Below the pieces are notes generated by a model. That model ran no database searches. It was given only the letters and a program-made list of their open reading frames with translations, and was not told the DNA's origin. Shown piece after piece: positions 49,720-60,042 of a DNA stretch of 64,000 nt (the stretch's first letter is position 1; the number at the start of each line of letters is the position of its first letter). The DNA comes from an uncultured Thermodesulfobacteriota bacterium. Lineage in GTDB: Bacteria; Desulfobacterota; Anaeroferrophillalia; Anaeroferrophillales; Tharpellaceae. The DNA is taken from the NCBI GenBank assembly GCA_964623985.1, contig CAZUXG010000002.1, positions 17,106 to 81,105 of the forward strand. The letters are read 5' to 3'. The position numbers were made by a program, and so were the translations under genes.

Positions 49720-50649
49720 TCAATCCAACAAATAGTCAACCGGATTTACCACATTACCGTTTAACACAACCTCGTAATGAAGGTGGGGACCGGTACTACG
49801 ACCGGTATTGCCGAGAAGACCCAGTTCCTGACCACGAATCACTGAATTTCCGTTTTGGACTACTATCTTTGAAAGATGACCATACTTGGTCACCTTACCC
49901 AAACCATGATCAACGATCACAATTTTTCCATAACCACCTTTATAACCGGCAAAAACAACTTGGCCATCGGCAGTCACCACAACCGGGGTACCAGCCCGAT
50001 TGACAATATCAATTCCCTTATGAAGTTCACGACGACCGGTAAAAGGCGAAACACGATAACCGAAACGAGAGCTGATCCAACCTCGTACAGGCCACACTGA
50101 CGGAGTGAAGTTAAGTAACGTCTGCTGTTCTTTAAGGTGAGCGCTCAAATGCCCAAGTTCGCCCTCTTCACAAGCGATATCAAGCTCTAAACGTTGCAAT
50201 TCCCGATGCATACGGGCCAATTGTTGTTTACGTTCAGTGTCAATACTCGAAACCGTCAACTCAGCGGCCAAGGGATCAGGCCCGCCCACGCTCCGGGTCT
50301 CCACCTGTCCTGGCACAATTGCCAAGTTGGCCATAACCTTAACCCGGGCATTACTCTCTTTCAACTTTGTAAACTGATCATAGATATCGGTCATCCGCTG
50401 TGAAAAGAAATTTATCTGTTTCTCCAATTCACGATTTTTTTTTGCCAAACGGCTGTAATCATTAATATTATTTAAGTTTACTAAGTAGAGCGCAATAGCC
50501 ACCAGAGCCCCCAGAAAAAGGGCGCAAAGCCCGGGGGTAATCAACCACAGGATCCTTTTTGCCTGCTTGACCGGCATGGTCAATTTACGATGCACGCCGC
50601 TCCCGGTTCGAAAAAGTACCAGCGTATATCGGTCTTTAGACTTCATCAA
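49720..50649 (-). CDS. M23-family metallopeptidase (EnvC-like murein hydrolase activator; coiled coil plus LytM domain)
   Basis: N-terminal TM helix, a coiled-coil region and C-terminal M23 motifs HKGIDI...GNTGRSTGPHLHYEV. Confidence 0.75.
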   Translation of the reverse strand: MMKSKDRYTLVLFRTGSGVHRKLTMPVKQAKRILWLITPGLCALFLGALVAIALYLVNLNNINDYSRLAKKNRELEKQINFFSQRMTDIYDQFTKLKESNARVKVMANLAIVPGQVETRSVGGPDPLAAELTVSSIDTERKQQLARMHRELQRLELDIACEEGELGHLSAHLKEQQTLLNFTPSVWPVRGWISSRFGYRVSPFTGRRELHKGIDIVNRAGTPVVVTADGQVVFAGYKGGYGKIVIVDHGLGKVTKYGHLSKIVVQNGNSVIRGQELGLLGNTGRSTGPHLHYEVVLNGNVVNPVDYLLD

Positions 50650-51194
50650 GATAATCCACCCTCAAGTTTGCCGGCTTCGTAAAAAGTCCATCACTCAAGT
50701 CTTTCCCAATAAATAACAGAGTGACGACCAGCTGTTTATTCTCAATCATTACTGCAACCCCATTAAATTGGGCAACCCTAAATAACAAAGTGCCACCAGA
50801 TTGTCAATATTTTAGCTTTTCCCTGACAATCTTGTCAAACCTGGTTTTGTATGTTAAACAAGGCTCTCGCCACAATTGTCGCCCGGGGCTTGTCTGAAAA
50901 ACCGGTATCTCAACATAAATATAAATTTACTTCGCAACCAGCAAAAATATCGGGCGGCTCCATGATGCAGACCAAATTGATTATAAAAATAAAGGGATAA
51001 TAAAATCATTCAAGCAGGGAAACCCCCTACTTAAGATCAGCCTTGGCCATGAAGATACTCCCGACATGGTCGATAAACTTGGCCTGCAGGTCTTGATGAA
51101 AAAAGCAAGACTATAACCTTTGAACGGCTGACGTCAACCTGATGCCCCCCGGTTTCCGCTTTACTCACTCCCTTCTCCTGTGTTAAAAAGCCCC

Positions 51195-52067
51195 ATGCGA
51201 AATATCGGGATAATCACCAAACACAAAAACCAGCGGGCTCTTGAAACCGGTATAAAACTAAGTGGCTGGCTTAAAGAACGTAGACTTTGCGTACTTTGTG
51301 AAGATAAACTGGCGACACCATTAGAACTCGAAAGTTTCACAAAACCAGAGATCTCCGAACAAGCCGACTTGATTGTTGTCCTCGGCGGGGACGGCACCAT
51401 GCTCAGCATCGCCCGCCACATAAAACGCAGCAACCTACCAATTCTCGGCGTCAATCTGGGAGGCCTGGGTTTTTTGACAGCCATCACCCTAGATGAACTT
51501 TTCAAAGTCATGGTGGAGGTCTTGGCCGGCAATTTTTCCTTAAGTCCCCGCATGATTCTTAAGATAACTCTCTACCGCCGGGAGCAACCCGCCTCTAACC
51601 ATTACGTGCTCAATGATGTCGTTATCAATAAAGGAGCGATGGCACGTATCATAGATCTGAAAACGGTTATCGACGATAAGCTGGTCGACACCTTCAAAGC
51701 CGACGGCCTTATTTTTTCGACTCCGACGGGCTCCACCGGCTACTCTCTGTCCGCCGGAGGCCCAATTGTCTACCCTACTTTAAACAGTATCACAATCGCC
51801 CCAATCTGCCCTCATACGCTTACCAACCGACCACTCATTGTACCTTCCAATGTCACGATTGAAACAACCTTGACATCGACCGACAGCGATGATGTTTTTT
51901 TAACCCTTGACGGCCAGGTCGGTTTTTCCCTACTACCTCTCGATAAGGTCATCATTACCAGAGCCGATCATGATATCAAACTTGTCGCCTCACCAAGCAA
52001 AACCTACTTTGAAGTTCTGCGCAACAAACTCAAATGGGGCGAACGCTATCAAAACATGAACCCCTAA
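51195..52067 (+). CDS. nadK: NAD+ kinase
   Basis: GGDGTML motif and NE/DG...TPTGSTGYSLSAGGP. Start placed at the ATG (MRNIGIIT); the ORF track begins five codons earlier at a GTG. Confidence 0.85.
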   Translation: MRNIGIITKHKNQRALETGIKLSGWLKERRLCVLCEDKLATPLELESFTKPEISEQADLIVVLGGDGTMLSIARHIKRSNLPILGVNLGGLGFLTAITLDELFKVMVEVLAGNFSLSPRMILKITLYRREQPASNHYVLNDVVINKGAMARIIDLKTVIDDKLVDTFKADGLIFSTPTGSTGYSLSAGGPIVYPTLNSITIAPICPHTLTNRPLIVPSNVTIETTLTSTDSDDVFLTLDGQVGFSLLPLDKVIITRADHDIKLVASPSKTYFEVLRNKLKWGERYQNMNP

Positions 52068-52095
52068 ACTAGCTACCGAGAATATAACGACCCTC

Positions 52096-53796
52096 ATGCT
52101 TAAACACCTGACCATCAGTAACTTCAAACTGATCGACCACATCGAATGTGATTTTAATGCCGGTTTAACCGTCCTGACCGGTGAAACCGGCGCCGGTAAA
52201 TCAATTATCCTGAGTGCCCTGATCACCCTTTTGGAAGGCAAACCGGGCGCCGACATATTCCATGACGAAAACCAGCCGGTAATTATCAGCGCCATCTTCT
52301 CTCTACCGAATAATCCAGCTTTTCACTCACATCTTAATAATCTCGACTTCGCCAGTGACCATGATGAAATCATCCTGCGCCGCCATATAAGCCGCAAAAG
52401 CCACGGCGGCATCAACAACCGCATCTACCTAAACGACCAACCGACCACCGGCAACACTGTCACTTCTCTGGCCACCTACCTGATTGAATTTGTCGACCAA
52501 CACCAACAGCAAAGCTTACGTAATCCTCGAGAACCCCTGCGCCTGCTCGACGCTTATGGCGGTCTGTTGCCTTTAAAAGAGAAGTACTGCACTCTTTTTC
52601 ACGAATACCAAGAACACGAACGCCAGCTTGATCAGTGGCAGCAAAAACTTAGCGAGGCGGCCCGGCAAATAGACTACTACACCCACCAACTCACAGAACT
52701 GAGCGACGCCCGCCTTGCCCCCCGGGAAGAAGACGAGCTACTGGCCCTACGCCTGCAATACCAGCAGGTCGATAAACTTCGAGAACTGACCCGGGAAGCC
52801 GAAGAAATCAGTTACTCGAATAATAGCTCAATCATTGACAACTGTTATCGCCTGCTTGAAATCTTCAGTGAACTTTCCCGCCGGGATGCCGAAGCACCCC
52901 GGGCGGAGGAAACCTTAACCGGGATCATTGACAGCCTTCAAGATATCTGCAAGGAAAATCGCAACTACACGACCCGCTTGGAAATCGACGAACAAACTAT
53001 CGAAGAAACCGAAGAGCGGCTGGCCATTCTGGAACGCCTCAAACGAAAATTCGCCACCGACATAAATGGTCTGATTGAGTTGCGTAATGAACTTGAAGAA
53101 AAAATCGGGGTTTGGGAAAATCGCGATACTGAAAAAGAGGGCCTGACCCTTGAACTTTCAAAAAAAAGAGAGCAAATGTTGAATGCGGCCGAAAAACTTA
53201 GCCGAGGCCGCCAGGAACAGGGAAAGATCCTGGCCCAAACCGTAACCCGCCACCTACATGATCTCAACCTGTCCCAAGCCCGTTTTCTCATTAAAAGAGA
53301 AGATATCCCCTGCTCGGCTGCCGGCAAGGATCACATTACCTTCCACTTCAGTGCCAACCCCGGTGAAGAACCGGCCCCCATCGGAAAGATCGCCTCCGGC
53401 GGCGAGCTTTCCCGACTTTTACTGGCGCTAAAAACCTCGGTCGCCCAGCGTTATCAGCTACCAACCATGATCTTTGACGAGGTCGACACCGGCCTTGGCG
53501 GTGGCACGGCTGCCGCGGTCGGCCGTAAAATTGCCGACATCGCAGAAAACTGCCAAGTGATTACCGTAACCCATCTACCCCAGGTTGCGGCTTTTGCTGA
53601 TCAGCACTTTATCATTGATAAAATAAGTTGCCCAGAGAAAGAACAAACCAAGATCCAACTTATCAGGATCGCCCCGGAAAAAGAGCAGGATCGAATCCGT
53701 GAACTGGCTCGTATGGGCAGTGGCGAAGAGATCACTAAAGAAGCCAAAGAGCACGCCAAGATATTACGCAAAGAAGCCCGGAAAATGGTTTCATAA
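52096..53796 (+). CDS. recN: DNA repair protein RecN
   Basis: 566 aa. N-terminal Walker A LTGETGAGKSIIL, long coiled coil and C-terminal SMC signature. Conserved nadK-recN pairing. Confidence 0.85.
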   Translation: MLKHLTISNFKLIDHIECDFNAGLTVLTGETGAGKSIILSALITLLEGKPGADIFHDENQPVIISAIFSLPNNPAFHSHLNNLDFASDHDEIILRRHISRKSHGGINNRIYLNDQPTTGNTVTSLATYLIEFVDQHQQQSLRNPREPLRLLDAYGGLLPLKEKYCTLFHEYQEHERQLDQWQQKLSEAARQIDYYTHQLTELSDARLAPREEDELLALRLQYQQVDKLRELTREAEEISYSNNSSIIDNCYRLLEIFSELSRRDAEAPRAEETLTGIIDSLQDICKENRNYTTRLEIDEQTIEETEERLAILERLKRKFATDINGLIELRNELEEKIGVWENRDTEKEGLTLELSKKREQMLNAAEKLSRGRQEQGKILAQTVTRHLHDLNLSQARFLIKREDIPCSAAGKDHITFHFSANPGEEPAPIGKIASGGELSRLLLALKTSVAQRYQLPTMIFDEVDTGLGGGTAAAVGRKIADIAENCQVITVTHLPQVAAFADQHFIIDKISCPEKEQTKIQLIRIAPEKEQDRIRELARMGSGEEITKEAKEHAKILRKEARKMVS

Positions 53797-53862
53797 AAAA
53801 CCAGCTCTCCGACCGAGCGCGAGTAAGCACCTGGTCGGGGATTGGAAAAAGGATAAATTAAG

Positions 53863-54312
53863 ATGATTCGCCGAGCTACCATAAAAGATGTCAGGACCAT
53901 CCAGAACGCTCTTGAGCACTACGCCAAAGAAGGTCTGCTGTTGCCCCGTTCACTTAGCGACCTCTATGACCACCTGCGCGATTTCATCGTATACCAAAAG
54001 GCAGAAAAGATTTTCGGCGTCAGCGCCCTGCATGTCTGTTGGGAAGATCTGGGAGAGATTCGCTCACTGGCCGTCCTGCCACCCCACACGAAACAGGGAA
54101 TCGGCCGGCAACTGGTTAACGACTGCGAAAAGGACGCCATCCAACTGGGTTTAAAAAAGGTCTTCACCCTGACCTATCAGGAAAGCTTTTTTACCGGTCT
54201 CGGCTATCAAACTATCAACAAAAACCAGCTCCCTCATAAAGTTTGGGGAGACTGTCTAAAATGTCCCAAGTTTCCCGATTGTGATGAAATCGCCATGATC
54301 AAAACACTCTAA
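53863..54312 (+). CDS. GNAT-family N-acetyltransferase (ArgA-like short form)
   Basis: 149 aa. Acetyl-CoA binding region LAVLPPHTKQGIGRQL. Confidence 0.7.
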   Translation: MIRRATIKDVRTIQNALEHYAKEGLLLPRSLSDLYDHLRDFIVYQKAEKIFGVSALHVCWEDLGEIRSLAVLPPHTKQGIGRQLVNDCEKDAIQLGLKKVFTLTYQESFFTGLGYQTINKNQLPHKVWGDCLKCPKFPDCDEIAMIKTL

Positions 54313-54413
54313 AGACCGTCTTCTTCACCAACCACCCGATTACGCCCAGCGTTCTTAGCCCGATAGAGGGCCTGATCAACCCTTGCGACATAATTCCCCA
54401 GGGTATCGGCCTT
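54309..54413 (-). pseudogene. 3'-terminal remnant (35 codons) of a second GGDEF-domain gene
   Basis: Minus-strand translation ADTLGNYVARVDQALYRAKNAGRNRVVGEEDGL* matches the characteristic C-terminus of GGDEF domains (LYxAKxxGRNRV). No upstream body is present. Confidence 0.5.
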
Positions 54414-54464
54414 ATGTTTTTCTATATTTTTATAAAAAATGTTACCCTGAAACGGCAGAAAAAA

Positions 54465-55184
54465 TTAAAAAACAACCCTATTTCTCCCCTCTTTTTTAGC
54501 CTGATATAGTTTTTTATCGGCCTGCTCAACCAGCATGCCTGGTTCAGCCATTGAAACATCGTAGGCCGCCACTCCGAGACAAACTGTTAAACATCCCTCT
54601 GTCTGACCCACCAATATAGGCTGTTGCTCCTGACCGCAAATCTCAGCTTTCTCGATCTCCAGCCGATAACGTTCGGCCACTCCGGTCGCATCCTCGATCC
54701 CACCATGGCAGAGAACCGCAAACTCTTCGCCACCATAACGGGCCACGATATCACTATGCCGGGTGTTGTCCAACAAAATGTTAGCAACCGTCAGGAGCAC
54801 CTTGTCACCGGCCGGATGACCATGGGTATCATTATAGTGCTTAAAATTATCGATATCGATCATAATCAGGGAGAGGGCTCCAGAATAGCGTTTAATACGT
54901 TCAAACTCCTCTCGTAAACGCTGTTGAAAATGACGATGATTATAGAGTCCGGTCAAACCATCGGTAATTACCAACTTACTTAGGGTCTCCTCTTTCTCAC
55001 GCAACCCGGTAATCAGAATGGCCTGCTGAAAGGCCGCTTCCCGCAGAATTTCGGCCGCACTGCGGTCGCCCTGTTCGGAGAATATACAATTCAACTGCTC
55101 CTTCAAAGCCCGAACCTCTTCGCGGGCCTGAATCAGCTCTTTTTTCAGTTCAGTCCGACTCTGCTCGAATTTCTTTTCGGCCAT
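54465..55184 (-). CDS. Diguanylate cyclase (GGDEF domain) with N-terminal coiled coil
   Basis: RYGGEEF active-site motif, the DxLTGL region and C-terminal KLYQAKKEGRNRV. Confidence 0.8.
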   Translation of the reverse strand: MAEKKFEQSRTELKKELIQAREEVRALKEQLNCIFSEQGDRSAAEILREAAFQQAILITGLREKEETLSKLVITDGLTGLYNHRHFQQRLREEFERIKRYSGALSLIMIDIDNFKHYNDTHGHPAGDKVLLTVANILLDNTRHSDIVARYGGEEFAVLCHGGIEDATGVAERYRLEIEKAEICGQEQQPILVGQTEGCLTVCLGVAAYDVSMAEPGMLVEQADKKLYQAKKEGRNRVVF

Positions 55185-55379
55185 CGTGCAAGATCCCCGT
55201 ATTTATAATCTTTGTATGGAATGTCGCTATCCCACCCAGATTAATGCTGGACTCTATAAAAGACTTTACCTGAACAGCCTATCTCTGCTATAGCCCAGAA
55301 CCTCTTTTCATACCGTAAGGAAGCCAAAAATTCAACCCGTAAAAACAACCTAGTAAATAATTTATCAGAAACCCACCTT

Positions 55380-56732
55380 ATGACCTCCACTAACGCGTCA
55401 ATAAGTAACCGACAAAACATAACTCATGAACCGGTGATCATCCCTCGTTCAGGCCATCCAATCTCCCGTAAAAAGATCGCCCATAATGCGATAAAAATCC
55501 TCTACCGGCTCAAGAATAGCGGCTTTGCCGCCTACCTTGCCGGCGGTGCCGTACGAGACCTGCTTTTGGGACAAACCCCCGTCGACTTTGACATTGTCAC
55601 CGATGCCAGTCCCAAACAGATTAAAAGACTATTCCGCAACTCACGCATTATCGGCCGGCGCTTCCGCCTGGTCCATATCTTCTTCCATGAAAACAACCGT
55701 TCCAACCCGCAGATTTTCGAGACCGCCACCTTTCGCCGGCAGGTCACCTCAGAATATGACGACCTCGAACGTATCAAGGAACAGCCGGAATTGGCCAACA
55801 ACCTCTTCGGATCTCCAGAAGAAGATGCCCAACGCCGGGATTTCACCATCAATGCCCTTTTCTACAATATTAAAGATTTTTCCATAATCGACCATGTCAA
55901 CGGTCTGCAGGACCTTGAAGATGGCATCATTCGGATTATCGGCGACCCGGACAAACGTTTTAGCGAGGATCCGGTCCGGGTATTACGAGCTCTTGAATTT
56001 GCTTGCCGTCTCAATTTTACGATTGAGAATGAAACCGGCAAAGGCCTTAAAGCGGGCGCCCCCGGACTGGCATCCATTCCAGCCGGCCGTTTACGCGAAG
56101 AATTAAGAGGTCTCTACACCAAAAAAACCACCGCCGCCCTGCTCTCTCTTGGCAACCACTACCAGATTAACCATCATTGGCTGCCTGAGCAAATTGCCGA
56201 CAACATTGCCAAAGCGATCCCCATTTTAAAAAAAGTTGAAGCATTTTTCCCATTGGCCGATAATGATAATGAACTCGAAAAAATGACGGTCACCGCCCTC
56301 CTCTTGCCGGGCATTCTCAAAAATTACCCACTTGCCGATGGGATCCGCCTCAATCTGATCCAGGAAAAAGTTGAAGAGCATTTAAAACCCTTAAATCAGC
56401 GTTTCAGTCTGCCCCGTTTTCAGCGACATGCCATCAAAGATATATTCACCCTGCTCTACCGCTTGGGCCGCGGTGACAAACGGGTCAAACAACTGCTCAA
56501 AAGAGACAATTTCTTCGCCGCCCTCTTCTTTTATGCCGTCATCACCCAAGAGGTAACGCCACAACCTTCGCACTTTTTTTTCTGGAGTCAACAGAGTAAC
56601 CATTTAAATCATAATAACGAGGCCCGGGGTCTGGACTACAGCAGCCTTTTCAATAAACCTAAAAGAAAACCGGTTGTCGGCCCTGACGAAAGCCAAGCTC
56701 CTGGTGAACCCCAAACCAAGGAGCAGGAATGA
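55380..56732 (+). CDS. pcnB: Poly(A) polymerase I / tRNA nucleotidyltransferase-family protein (PcnB-like)
   Basis: Head-domain motif LAGGAVRDLLLGQTPVDFDIVT with RRDFTINAL. Confidence 0.75.
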   Translation: MTSTNASISNRQNITHEPVIIPRSGHPISRKKIAHNAIKILYRLKNSGFAAYLAGGAVRDLLLGQTPVDFDIVTDASPKQIKRLFRNSRIIGRRFRLVHIFFHENNRSNPQIFETATFRRQVTSEYDDLERIKEQPELANNLFGSPEEDAQRRDFTINALFYNIKDFSIIDHVNGLQDLEDGIIRIIGDPDKRFSEDPVRVLRALEFACRLNFTIENETGKGLKAGAPGLASIPAGRLREELRGLYTKKTTAALLSLGNHYQINHHWLPEQIADNIAKAIPILKKVEAFFPLADNDNELEKMTVTALLLPGILKNYPLADGIRLNLIQEKVEEHLKPLNQRFSLPRFQRHAIKDIFTLLYRLGRGDKRVKQLLKRDNFFAALFFYAVITQEVTPQPSHFFFWSQQSNHLNHNNEARGLDYSSLFNKPKRKPVVGPDESQAPGEPQTKEQE

Positions 56733-57601
56733 TGCAGTCGCAGCTTAACCTCGGCCAGATCGACTATTTGAACTGCTGGCCTCTTTATCACCAACTAAAC
56801 GGGGTTCCCAACGGTAACCATTTCACCTTAAGACCCGGCCATCCAGCCCAACTCAATCAGGAACTCGAAAACGGTGAGATCGATATAAGTCCCTCATCCT
56901 CAATGCTTCTGGCCGTAAGCCCTAAAAGTGATTATTTCGTGATGCCCGACATTGCTATCGCCTCGCTGACCGAAGTCCGCAGTGTCCTCCTCTTAAGCCG
57001 CCGCCCCTTGTCTGAGCTTAACGGTTGTAGCATCTCTCTGACCAGCCACTCATTGACCTCTATTTTTCTTTTAAAGGTTATTCTCTTCCATTTTCAAGGG
57101 CTTAACCCGGGAAAAATCACCTTTACCACAGAAGAATTCACCCCACACCAAAACCGGGAAGCCGCTCTGATCATCGGTGATCAGGCTTTAGGGATCTACC
57201 ATAACCCGCCGCCGGGTTTCCAAATCTACGATTTAGGCCACCTTTGGCATCAGTTCACCGGCCTGCCTTTCGTTTACGCTCTCTGGATCGGGCGCAAACC
57301 GGCCCTTAAGGATAAGCGCCCAGCACTCATTGATCTACACCGAAACCTAACCGAAATTGTTGCAAGATTACCCGAAAAACTCGCCGACCTGACCGAACCG
57401 GCTCTTTTAAAGATGGGGGGAAACCCCACGATCAATCCCTCTCAATTACTCGCTTACTGGTGTCAGGCGATCTCCTACAAGCTTGACAATCAGGCTCTTG
57501 AAGGACTTGAACTATTTTACCGTATTGCCAAGAATCTCGGTTTGATCAACAAGGTTCCCGAACTTGATTTTTTTCCGAGCCCGAGATACATGGACAAGTA
57601 A
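56729..57601 (+). CDS. mqnA: Futalosine-pathway menaquinone biosynthesis protein, MqnA/MqnD family (probably chorismate dehydratase MqnA)
   Basis: N-terminus LNLGQIDYLNCWPLYH, matching the MqnA signature (IDYLNxxPL). 290 aa, overlapping pcnB's stop by 4 bp. Confidence 0.6.
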   Translation: MMQSQLNLGQIDYLNCWPLYHQLNGVPNGNHFTLRPGHPAQLNQELENGEIDISPSSSMLLAVSPKSDYFVMPDIAIASLTEVRSVLLLSRRPLSELNGCSISLTSHSLTSIFLLKVILFHFQGLNPGKITFTTEEFTPHQNREAALIIGDQALGIYHNPPPGFQIYDLGHLWHQFTGLPFVYALWIGRKPALKDKRPALIDLHRNLTEIVARLPEKLADLTEPALLKMGGNPTINPSQLLAYWCQAISYKLDNQALEGLELFYRIAKNLGLINKVPELDFFPSPRYMDK

Positions 57602-57638
57602 CTTGCTTTCAAAAATATTTTGGGATACATAATAAAGA

Positions 57639-58220
57639 ATGGATAATAAACAAACATTTACCCCATTAGTTGAAGCTTCGGCCCAGTTACAGGATTTATT
57701 AACAACAGTTTGCAATAACTGCGGGCCAGCCTTAAAAGAAGCGGTCAAAAACAGCTGTGCAGCCTTGCAACAAGGAAATAAGCTCCTCTTTTTCGGCAAC
57801 GGCGGCAGTGCCACCCAAGCCCAGCACCTGGCGGCCGAGCTGATCAACCGTTTCCTGATTGACCGGCGACCAATGGCTGCCTTGGCCCTGACTTCCGATT
57901 CTGCAGTCACCACCGCAATCAGTAATGACTACTCTTTTGCCGAACTTTTTGTCCGCCAACTTGAAGGTCTTGGCCGCGCCGGCGATATTGCCGTAGCCCT
58001 AACCACCAGCGGGACTTCAGAAAACATTATTGCCGGATTGAAACGGGCCCGGGAACTAAAAATGACGACTATCGGCCTGCTCGGCCGTGACGGTGGCGAC
58101 TGCCTCGAACTTTGCGATATCGCCCTGCTGGTACCAGCTACCAATACGGCCCGCATCCAGGAGATCCATCTCCTTTTGGGGCACCTGCTCTGCGGCCTGG
58201 TGGAAAAAGAGATGGCTTAG
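57639..58220 (+). CDS. gmhA: Phosphoheptose isomerase (SIS domain; GmhA/DiaA family)
   Basis: GNGGSATQAQHLAAEL SIS motif. 193 aa. Confidence 0.75.
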   Translation: MDNKQTFTPLVEASAQLQDLLTTVCNNCGPALKEAVKNSCAALQQGNKLLFFGNGGSATQAQHLAAELINRFLIDRRPMAALALTSDSAVTTAISNDYSFAELFVRQLEGLGRAGDIAVALTTSGTSENIIAGLKRARELKMTTIGLLGRDGGDCLELCDIALLVPATNTARIQEIHLLLGHLLCGLVEKEMA

Positions 58221-58224
58221 TAAA

Positions 58225-59172
58225 ATGAAAAATATAGAATTAAACAAAAAGCAACTGACTACCTACCCTCTGGCGTCACGTCCGAGCAAAGTCAGCATAA
58301 ACCGTTTTGCCAAAACACTGACCGGGAAAGAAAGCGTTGCCGGCCTGCTTGATAAACTGCCGGGGTTTCTCGCCGCCGATGATCTGAGAAACGTAATCAA
58401 CACCATAATTTCAGTTCATCAACAACAGCGCTCTATCCTGCTCGGCATGGGAGCCCACGTCATCAAGGTTGGCCTGACACCATTAATTCTGCAATTGGTT
58501 GAAAAAGGGGTGCTGAGTGGTATTGCTTTAAATGGGGCCGGGATTATCCATGATTTCGAAATCGCTTATGCCGGCCACACTTCCGAAGATGTCGCTGACG
58601 GCATAAGCAGTGGTAATTTCGGCATGGCCCAAGAGACCGGTGAACTCTTAAACCGGGCAATTTTGCTGGGCGACCGGGAGGGTCTCGGCTTAGGAGCCGC
58701 TGTGGGCCGGATGATCTGGGAAGAAAAACTACCACATCGTGAAATGAGCCTGCTCGGACAATGTTACCGAATGCAAATCCCGGTCACTGTCCATGTCGCC
58801 ATCGGCACCGACATCATCCATATGCATGCGGCCGCTGACGGGGCCGCAATCGGCAGCACCAGCCTCAAAGATTTTGACAGGTTCTGCGGCTTAGTCGCAC
58901 AACTCAAAGGTGGTGTCTACATCAATCTCGGTTCAGCGGTGGTTCTACCCGAGGTTTTTCTCAAGGCGATCTCACTGGTTCGCAATCTCGGCCATCAAGT
59001 AGACAACCTGACCACTGTCAATATGGACTTCAACCGTCAGTATCGATCTTTTGAAAATGTCGTCAAACGCCCAACCCTCGGCAACGGCCGGGGCTACCAA
59101 ATCATCGGCCACCATGAGATCATGTTTCCCCTGCTGGTTGCCGGAATTCTGGCCCAGTTAGAAAATGAATGA
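58225..59172 (+). CDS. Deoxyhypusine synthase-like (DHS-fold) family protein
   Basis: 315 aa. Start set at ATG 58225 (MKNIEL). The pattern LLGMGAHVIKVGL...LVEKGVLSGIALNGAGIIHD and the C-terminal YINLGSAV...MFPLLVAGILAQ resemble the conserved DHS motifs (YIN..., FPLLVAE). Confidence 0.45.
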   Translation: MKNIELNKKQLTTYPLASRPSKVSINRFAKTLTGKESVAGLLDKLPGFLAADDLRNVINTIISVHQQQRSILLGMGAHVIKVGLTPLILQLVEKGVLSGIALNGAGIIHDFEIAYAGHTSEDVADGISSGNFGMAQETGELLNRAILLGDREGLGLGAAVGRMIWEEKLPHREMSLLGQCYRMQIPVTVHVAIGTDIIHMHAAADGAAIGSTSLKDFDRFCGLVAQLKGGVYINLGSAVVLPEVFLKAISLVRNLGHQVDNLTTVNMDFNRQYRSFENVVKRPTLGNGRGYQIIGHHEIMFPLLVAGILAQLENE

Positions 59173-59185
59173 AAGGAAAATAATA

Positions 59186-59998
59186 ATGGATCTATCAACT
59201 TACCGGATCGGTATTATCGGCAGCGGCAATATGGGTAAAGCCATTATCAAGGGACTGCAAGTCGCTAAACAAAGCCCGACGATTGCCGCTTGGGATGCAC
59301 TTAGCGACAATCGTAAGCTTCTCAAAGAGGAGCTACGGGTCACGGTTCCACAAAATAACCGTGAGCTGGTTTTAAACAGCAACATTATTATTCTGGCTGT
59401 CAAACCCCAAGTCATAGATCTGGTTATAACTGAGATCGCAGACTCCCTGACAGAAGAAAAGCTACTCATCTCGATCGCTGCCGGAGTATCGTGCAAACGT
59501 CTTGAAAATGGTTTGAAGGCTCCGGTTCCGACGGTCCGTATCATGCCCAACACCCCGGCTCTGATCAACCGGGGAATCTCGGCAATTGCGGCCGGCTACC
59601 ATGCCGAAAAGAAACATTTGGAGATAACCCAAAATATCTTTTCCTGCCTGGGTGAAACCGCTTTAGTTCCAGAGAGTGCAATGGATATGGTGACTGCCGT
59701 ATCCGGTAGCGGACCGGCTTATGTTTTTCTCGTTATTGAGGCCCTGCTTGATGCCGCCGTCGGCCTCGGTATGGCCCGGGAACTGGCCCGAAAACTGGTA
59801 ATCGAGACCGTTCTCGGCTCGACCGAACTGCTCAAAGAAAGCGGCAAGCATCCGATGGAACTAAAAGATATGGTCACCTCCCCCGGCGGTACTACAATTG
59901 CCGGCCTCGCCGAGCTTGAGAAAAACGGCCTGCGCCACGCCTTCAACGAAGCTTTAAAAAGCGCTTGTCAACGTTCGCAGGAGTTAGGCAACGAGTAG
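59186..59998 (+). CDS. proC: Pyrroline-5-carboxylate reductase
   Basis: N-terminus IGIIGSGNMGKAI Rossmann motif and C-terminal ProC dimerisation domain. AAGGA RBS before ATG 59186. Confidence 0.85.
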   Translation: MDLSTYRIGIIGSGNMGKAIIKGLQVAKQSPTIAAWDALSDNRKLLKEELRVTVPQNNRELVLNSNIIILAVKPQVIDLVITEIADSLTEEKLLISIAAGVSCKRLENGLKAPVPTVRIMPNTPALINRGISAIAAGYHAEKKHLEITQNIFSCLGETALVPESAMDMVTAVSGSGPAYVFLVIEALLDAAVGLGMARELARKLVIETVLGSTELLKESGKHPMELKDMVTSPGGTTIAGLAELEKNGLRHAFNEALKSACQRSQELGNE

Positions 59999-60042
59999 TT
60001 AAACCATCAAAAATATAAATAAATTGAAAGAAACTAAAGCTC

